A stretch of 64,000 nt of DNA from Saprolegnia diclina VS20 (taxonomy: Eukaryota). The stretch spans positions 244,372 through 308,371 of the forward strand of contig NW_008246099.1 of assembly GCF_000281045.1 (NCBI RefSeq), read 5' to 3'. A program made the position numbers and the translations under genes. This document shows, piece after piece, positions 56,701-64,000 of this stretch (position 1 is the stretch's first letter; each line of letters begins with the position of its first letter). The notes beneath the pieces were generated by a model. It saw only the letters and a program-made list of their open reading frames with translations. It did not search any database and had not been told where the DNA came from.

Positions 56701-59700
56701 TCATGGCGTGCAACGGTCGAATCCAACTTGATGGATGCGCGGGCAATGACATCCGACTCTACAAATGGCATGAGCGCACTAGGCGGTGTTACCATCGACT
56801 CTGCCATCGATCGAGCAAGCGACTACAACCGTGCGGCCCAGAAACAACTCCAAGGCCAAAGGTCGTGGACGAGTCCCATAGCAAAGACGTCCAGCGCCTC
56901 GTACGCCTCGGCAGGTTGGCCTCTTGGTTGCTGCCTAGCGAGCTGCTGGCATGACGCTCCAGGAGCATCTGCCGGGGCAGCGTCCTCTCGACAATTGGTC
57001 GAGACTGCAACGAGCAAGCGTCATGAACGCCCGGTCGCCATGGATGGTGCCACGGATGCTGCGTCAGAGTGTCCTCGAGCGTCAACATCATCAGCAGAGT
57101 TTGCAAGTGGAGTGTCCACTCACGATGACGTCCGTAGCCTATTCACAGGCTCGCCACAAAGGCGCTTGTCGACTGGGATGCACGGTGCACCGGCGGCTGC
57201 TGCATTCTCAGCGGAACCAGCGCGATTCAGCGACGCCGTTGGGCTCGGCAGCTCTCGATCAGAAGACGCCAACAAAACCCAGGATACGATCGACGCTGGC
57301 CCTCTCCGGCACGACAAGGGTGTCACGGGCAATGAGCTCGCGTCAACCACGACGTCGGCACATCTTGGCAAACGGGCCTTGACCGACGCAGTCCAGAGTT
57401 TTCACCAGCGACGGTCGTCAACTACGGGTGTATCCTTGTCCGCAGCTGCCTCTGCCCCGCGCTCGACGCTCCGCACAGTTTCAGTGCCCGAAGCATCGGC
57501 GTCGTGCTCGCTTTGCTGTGGCGACTGGGCGAGCTTGTGTAGAGGTCGTCAACTGCCGAGCTCAAATGACACTATACATCGTCCGGTGTCCGACGGCATC
57601 GCCGCCAAAGCGACCACAAGGGATGGTGCGGACAACCGCTCGCCGCTTCAAAGCGCGCCAACGACGGTGTTTGAACGCAGTGCGTCCCGTGCTTATGAGT
57701 CGGCGAGGAACGTCGCGTTATACGAAGTCTCTTGCTTGTCGGGCGCGGATGAAGCCACCACCAAGCAAGTGGCTGTGGTCAAAGCCTCGGCGTTCGAAGG
57801 GGGGCATGACCACAACCAAGTACTCACGGCAGACGTCGTTGGACCTCTACGGCTCGAGACCTCGGCAGGCCATTGCAGTTTGTGGGTGTGCTTTCCATGC
57901 TACGGCGCGGGTAGTGAGACGCCTCGGCTCCGCGGTGCGACGTCGTGGCGCGACGGCAGTGATGACAGTGACACGTCGTCGTCACGACCGCTGCTTCCTC
58001 GGAACGTAGCAAGAACGACGGATCTTAGCTCTGGGTCCCTTCGCACGTGCAATCGACAAACGGCGGACGACCATTGCAGCGCTTTGTGGCTCTGCTGTGG
58101 TGCGTCATCCGAGGGCTCGCCGTTGAGACGCACGAATGGCAGTGCTTCCACAATGCTCTCGCGGGGCGTCGACGCGCACACAGATTTTGCAAGCATCCCG
58201 ACGACGGCGAGAGTGGCCTCGTCGGACGTCGAGACCACCGCACCCGTCGTTGACCGAGCGCAGCACATGCGTAGCGACGAAGCGGGTTGCAGGACGGCAC
58301 CGGATGTCGCGCCGCTGCGTCCGAGCTCGCGTGAACCGTCGCGCCGCATGATAGTCCAGCCGCCAACGCACGATGCGGCGTCGCAGGGCTGGTGCGGTGG
58401 CACCAGCGACGATGTTGTTGCCCGTCGTCGCGAAGAGCACACTGATCAAGAACGCCGACGACACCGTACGTCCAACGCACGTCCAACTGACGTGGACGCC
58501 GAGCGATCACCAACTGCAGGTGCCGGACGCAGCGCGTCATCTGCGACCCTCGATATGCGCAACATCGGACACGACGCGGACGACCATCACCGCAGTCTCC
58601 GAGGACGTGCGCTGGAGCGAAACGCTGCTACGTCGGCGACAACGACGAGTTGGTGCTGTAATGGCACCGACACCGACGGCATCGAGGTGTCCCGGCAGAC
58701 ACGGCAGTTCTCAGCTCCGTCCAGCTCGTATGCCGTTGCTGGTGTGCAGTCATCCAGTTCAGGCGCGGCCACGACACTGTCCCGCAGTGATGCTTGTGGC
58801 GTTGGACGAGCGTCGACTCTCGGTATAATGTCTTTGGCCACCGACGGCGCAGTGTCTGCTTCGGGCAGGAACAACCGCCTTGGCAATGACGTGCGCGCCT
58901 CTTCTCGGTACAATACCTTTGACCTGGACGTTGACAGCGCGCCGACGTGCTGCCTGGATGCGTTCTGCGGCCTTGGCGTGAGTACGTCGCACGCACCGAC
59001 ACGTCATCCGAACCAGCGGTCGCAGCGTGTACCCAGCGACGTCCGACGACTGAGCTGTGGGCAGAGTCGACACGACGCGGGCCCTCACTCAGGCAATGGT
59101 TCCGATGTCTTCGATTTCAACGCGTTGCCGACCTTCAACAGGCCAACGGGTACCATGGCAGCCGACGTCGACAAACGCGGCAGCGGTGGTCGTGCAACCG
59201 AAGAACGTCGGCGTAGCTCGGTCGCCAACACGGCCGGGATTTCAGGCTCGAGTCGCCGCTTCGCTCTCCTTGATGACGACACGCACGCGACATCGTGTGG
59301 CAACCACTGGTTGTGCTGTGGTCTTTGCTCCGCGTCGGCACCGACGGTGCGCGCGCCTTTGCAACCGCCAACGCCGTCAACGCCAGAGCCGCCGTCGCCA
59401 CGGGTAGCTCGCACACCGCCGATGGCGATTAGCCGGGCGCCATCCCAAGCCTCGCTTGACGACGGGTCGGCACCGACGTCGCGCCGAGGATCGTTCATTC
59501 GCATGGCGTCCAAACGCATCCAGTCATTGCAACACTCGCGCCGGCAGTCGCTCGTCGACGACGACCCGCCATTTATGGTATCTCTTGGTCGAAGCATCCT
59601 TGGAGCTCAAGCGGTTGTGTGGTAGCGGTCGCGTCGGCAGTCGTCGGGTGCAAGGTCCTCATCCCCGCGCGACCACGAGGAATCAACCGCGTGGCTGGCA

Positions 59701-62700
59701 ACCGACGTCTACGAAGTACGCACCTTGTAGCAATTCGCCTTTTCACTCCTTGCACTAGCAACCACAGCTACCGTATCGCCGTCGCAGCTACGGCAGTCCG
59801 CCACGCCCGGTATTGGCCACGGTACGCTGTCGTCCGCTTCATATGAGGCAGTTATCGAGCGCTCTGCCTAGCACCTTGAAGATGCGCTCGGCAACTTGCT
59901 CCGGTTGCAGTCGTCTATCTCGGACAACGGTCCCAGCAATGCCGTGCAGACCGTAGCCCATCATGCTTCCGTTGAGGACACAGCGTCCGGTGCCCAGTAC
60001 CGTGTGACGACCGAGGGTAATGACGTCACGAGCGAAGGACTCAAGACGTCCGCGAACCGCCTACGCGTGTCATTTCTCGTGGACGACGATGGTCACGACT
60101 GGGTCGACGTCCAGAAAGCCTATGTGAAGGAAAAGACCGGCCGTGACGGGCTAAGCAAGGCCCAAGACGCTCCTGACGGCCCGCTGGTGTCTACGATCGG
60201 TGGCGAGATCGCCGAAGCCGTGGCTGCTGCCGCGACCGCTCCCAACGCTCGTCGCTCGTCAAGAAGTCAAAGTGTCTCTCGCGAAGATAGCTACACACAG
60301 CTCCAACACGACAGCGCGGGCCGCACCAACGACGACACTCGTAATCGACAAGACGAGCGCGTCATCATGAATGCCGTTGGTAGCGCGGACGCCGATATCG
60401 ACGAGTATAGTCGGCAGAGTCCGTACAAGCAACAGGTCCCAGCGTACTACCGCGCAGCTTCCTCGTCGTTGACATCGACCAACCGCGGCTACGGTGTCGA
60501 TACGGACGTCGCCGACGGCGATCAGCCCATCCGACGCATGCCGACGGCGTCAGTGCCATCGACGTCCAAAGTTATCTCTCCACGCCGTAGCGCCAACGTG
60601 AAATCAAGTCTCGTCACAGGCACCCTCGCCCAAGCGTATGGCGCCGTGGATGCTACTGTCGCTGCGTCGGTGGCGCTATCGTGGCCTTCGGCGAAGGATT
60701 TAGTCTCTAGCCGCCGCTTCATTGCAGATCACGGCGAGGCTTGGTCGGGCACTCGTGATGCGTCGCATGAGCCGCTTTGGTCGTCGAACGTTGTGGACGA
60801 TGCGGATGCCAACCGCAGCGGGCGATCGTCGTCCCGCGCTCTGCTTCTTTCTCATTCCTCCCGGCGGCTTCGCGACGGGTCTTCCACGTCTTTGGTACGC
60901 TCTCTCATCGCAAGTATCAACAGCTCCTCACCCAATGTATAGCGTTCGCTGCCGTCGTCCAGCGCCGGTGGCGGCTACGGCGCCATCGTCGAGCTATCGT
61001 CGCTCCTCCACAACGACGCCAACGAGACCAATGACGCGCTCGATACAGGCGACGTCGGCACCAAAGGGCGCGAGTGGTGTTGCTTTCTCTGCTCGATGCT
61101 GCTGCACTCGATGCAGCTTGTATCTGCGCAGTTGACGGCCGACACGGAGCTCATGTTCCTCGGTCATCTCGGGACGCGGCAGCTCGCGGGCGCCGGTCTT
61201 GCGCGCTTTTGGATCTACGTGCCGCTGTCGTTCCTGCTCTCGGGCGTCGGTGGCTGGCGCCTCTTGTTTGCCAAAGGGTTTTGGCTTCAGTCGGCGCTCG
61301 TCGTAGCGCTCCTGGCGACGCCGCTCCTCACATGCTACTACTTTCACGTCGACTTTTTCGTTGGCGGCACGATGCTGCACCCGATCACGCGCGCATTTGC
61401 CAAGCAGTACGCGACGCTCATCTCGCCAAGTATCCTCCCGCTTCTGGCGTCGACCGTGCTCATGCAGTATCTCATCGCGCGACGGGTCGTCGTACCGGTC
61501 GCCGTCATGGCGACGCTGGCGTGTGCAACAACGATCGCACTGCACTTTTTACTCGTCTTTGGCTACCAGAAATGGCCCGGGTTTGGCTTTGACGGGTCGC
61601 CGTACGCAACGATGGCCGCGCTCGTGCTGCTACTGCTACTGCGTGTCGCCTACGGCGGGTGCTGCGTCGGGTTTGGCGGCCTCGCATGGCGCCGGTCCAA
61701 CTACAGCCTTGGCCGACTTCGGGTCCTCTGGGTGATGGCCGTGCCCGCGGGGATCCCGTCGTGCCTGCAGAGTGTCGTACTGACCATTTTTGGCGCCGCA
61801 TCGGCGTACACCCCAGCGACCTCTACCCGACGCTTGGACGAAGGCGATGTGATGGACGCTGGGTCGCAGCAGGCGGCGGCATGGGTCGTCACGGTCTGCT
61901 TCTTCCTGCTCGTGCTTGCGTTTCTGCGGGGCGCGGCGGCGACAACGGCCGAGCGCATGCAGCTGCACTTGCGCCGACAGGATGTCGCGCGCGCCCGGCA
62001 CGTGCTCTTTGTCGGTGCGGTGTATGGCGGCGCGCTCGGGTGCCTCTTTGCCACGATCGTCTTCAAGTACGGAGCACCGCTTTTGAGCTTGTGGACGGCC
62101 GACGCCATTGTCCATCAGTTCTGCGTCGACGCGCTTCCGTACCTAGCCGCGTGCATGGCGCTAAGCAGTGTCCGTCTCGTCTTTGCCGCCGGCCTCACCA
62201 CGCTGGAGAAGACCACGATGCTTCCATTCGCTGCCAACGTGGATACGTGGCTGATTCAAGTCCCGCTCGGTCTCGGGCTTGGCATTGGGCTGCAACTGGG
62301 CGTCCTCGGTCTCTGGGTCGCACGTCTCACTGGCGAGCTCGTGCACACGATGCTGTTGCTGTATGCGCTCATGCTTGATGCAAATGCAGCGACGGACGAA
62401 GCCGCGACACCACTTCTGGGCGCCACAGCGTCAGCAGAGCTTGACAAGACGACGTCGGACGAGGCGAGTAGCGACAACGTTGTCACTGTGCTGGTACCTA
62501 CCACTGGAGCGCGCGACCGATCATTACGAGTGGCACCAACGCCAGTGGCCAATGTCGGTGTCACTCGAATCGATAAAGACGATGTGGCAACTGCGGAGGT
62601 CCATCTGGAGGCGGCACCGGTGCACAGTCCTCTCGGTAACGATACGCCGCTGCCGTGGGTGCGTCGACGGAGCTCCGACGGCAGTGCGACGTGGGTCGTG

Positions 62701-64000
62701 GCCGACGACAACGCCGCGTTGTCCCCGATTTCCGAAGAAGACGCCGCCATCGCAGTGGTCGAGCGACTGTCGCGCCGTGCTTCGCTCGTGTCGAGCTCCA
62801 GCGATGCGCCGACAACGACGGTTGCGTCGACGCCATCGGCCATTCAGTGGGTTCGTCAAGAAAGCACCGTCGGTGCTGTGCAGTGGGTCGAAGAAGAAGC
62901 TATCCACGACTTGTCGGCCAGTAGTCCGTCGACGCAAGACGAGCTCCTATGGAGAAGCTCCGATGTCTCGTCGTCCGAGGAGGCCACGCCGCGGGGCAGA
63001 AGCCATAGCCTCGGCGACATGGACGCTATCAATCGCGACGTCTCCAGTAGCCACGGCAACATATGCAGTGCTTTGATCAAGCAGGAACAAGACTACATTG
63101 ACAACGCCGTCTCGACCAACCAAGACCGCTCGCCCCAACGACACGACGACGCGCTGCCGCCTCTGCTTTCGGCGTCTGTGCCACCCCAAAATCGTGGCAC
63201 CAGATTTGAGGAGGCTTGTGGGATTGCAAGCGACCTCACGGATAGAAATGGCAACGACGAAATCGAGAACCACGACGCCATTGCCGGTAGCCCCGACGCC
63301 TCCCTTCGTGGCAACGCTGAGCCCGTTCGCAGCCATGGTGACTCGAACAAGAGCCAAGCTGCGTCCTCTCAGAGTAGCTTTCTCGCAAGCCTACCGGGCA
63401 CGCCTGCTCCACGTGCTTTGGCGCCCGCAACGACAAGAACGCCCGAGCTGTCGACCAGCGCAAGCGACGACTGGATCATCGCGATGCCAGCGACTGACGT
63501 CGACAGTCACGCCGCTGTGGCGCCAAAGTCTACAACGGCAGCAACGACGACGAGCGACCAGCGCATCGACAGCCGTCCACAGAGTGCTGCCGTCCAAGGA
63601 CACCCAGTATCAACGGCGCTCGACGCTCAAGACATCGAGTCGACGCCACCAAGAAGCCGAACGGACCACGATGCAGCCAACAGCTACGTCATCACTATTG
63701 CGCCTGAGGTCACGCGCGACCTTTCGTCTACTGCAGACGCCGGTGAGCAGGTTCAGCGATCAGCGTCGGCAGTCCAAGGCGTCAACTTCGACAAGGCATC
63801 GGCGACCTTGGTGGCACCGAGACCATTGTCCACGATGGCAAAGGAGCCCCACGCGGAACATATGCGGTTGCCAGCCGCCATGGTCGGTCCCGCGTTGCTC
63901 GACAAATCCGACACAGCAACCACCGTCTACAGCAGTCGTCTAGCGACAGCCTTGATGACGGCGCCAGCTACCACGGCAGTACCACCGAGTCAAGGATCCT
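53718..64000 (+). CDS. Giant (>3,300 aa) MATE-containing protein: degenerate MATE, long Cys-motif linker, divergent MATE, disordered tail; start unresolved (about 53320-53718) and runs off the window
   Basis: Frame-consistent exons 53718-54812, 54867-55185, 55238-59577, 59626-59715, 59759-59821, 59872-60894 and 60943 to the end, joined by 43-54 nt GT-AG introns. MATE motifs FLGHLGTRQLAGAGLA, GFWLQSA, WPGFGFDGSPYAT and LGVLGLW lie at about 61100-62375. Confidence 0.78.

Noticed and set aside
57429..57437. GTATCCTT resembling a U12-type 5' splice site
   Set aside because: It lies inside a continuous open exon with no matching U12 branch site seen; no intron is needed.

Overview
A eukaryotic, GC-rich, gene-dense window with many very short (about 42-55 nt) GT-AG introns and oomycete Inr-FPR core promoters. 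It is most likely a Saprolegniales oomycete such as Saprolegnia (inference from intron size, promoter motif and the ankyrin and bZIP families). Five N gaps lie in the first 10 kb. About 24 protein-coding loci are supported: three ankyrin paralogs, two tandem SDRs, a double HVA22/REEP protein, a UPF0193-like gene, a 3xWW/U-box ligase, a YY1-like zinc finger, an aftiphilin/synergin-like disordered protein, leuB, RABGGTA, ARMC7, p23, four MATE genes, an sAC-type cyclase-STAND protein, a CEP19-like protein, a CDPK, a poly-Q putative transcription factor, an EF-hand protein, a Tim17-family protein and a double bZIP. Two results came from manual splicing and are invisible in the ORF track. (1) From about 53.7 kb to the window end there is one continuous gene of more than 3,300 aa. 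It has a degenerate MATE domain, a roughly 1,950-aa disordered linker with recurring W/C-x-C-C and dileucine motifs, a second divergent MATE domain and a long tail. (2) The poly-Q gene needs 25-nt and 8-nt micro-exons and carries a tandem array of frame-preserving phase-1 exons that repeat an SPVPSS|AFSFSSF motif. No rRNA, tRNA, CRISPR array or intact mobile element was recognised. All family assignments come from motif recognition by eye; no database searches were run.
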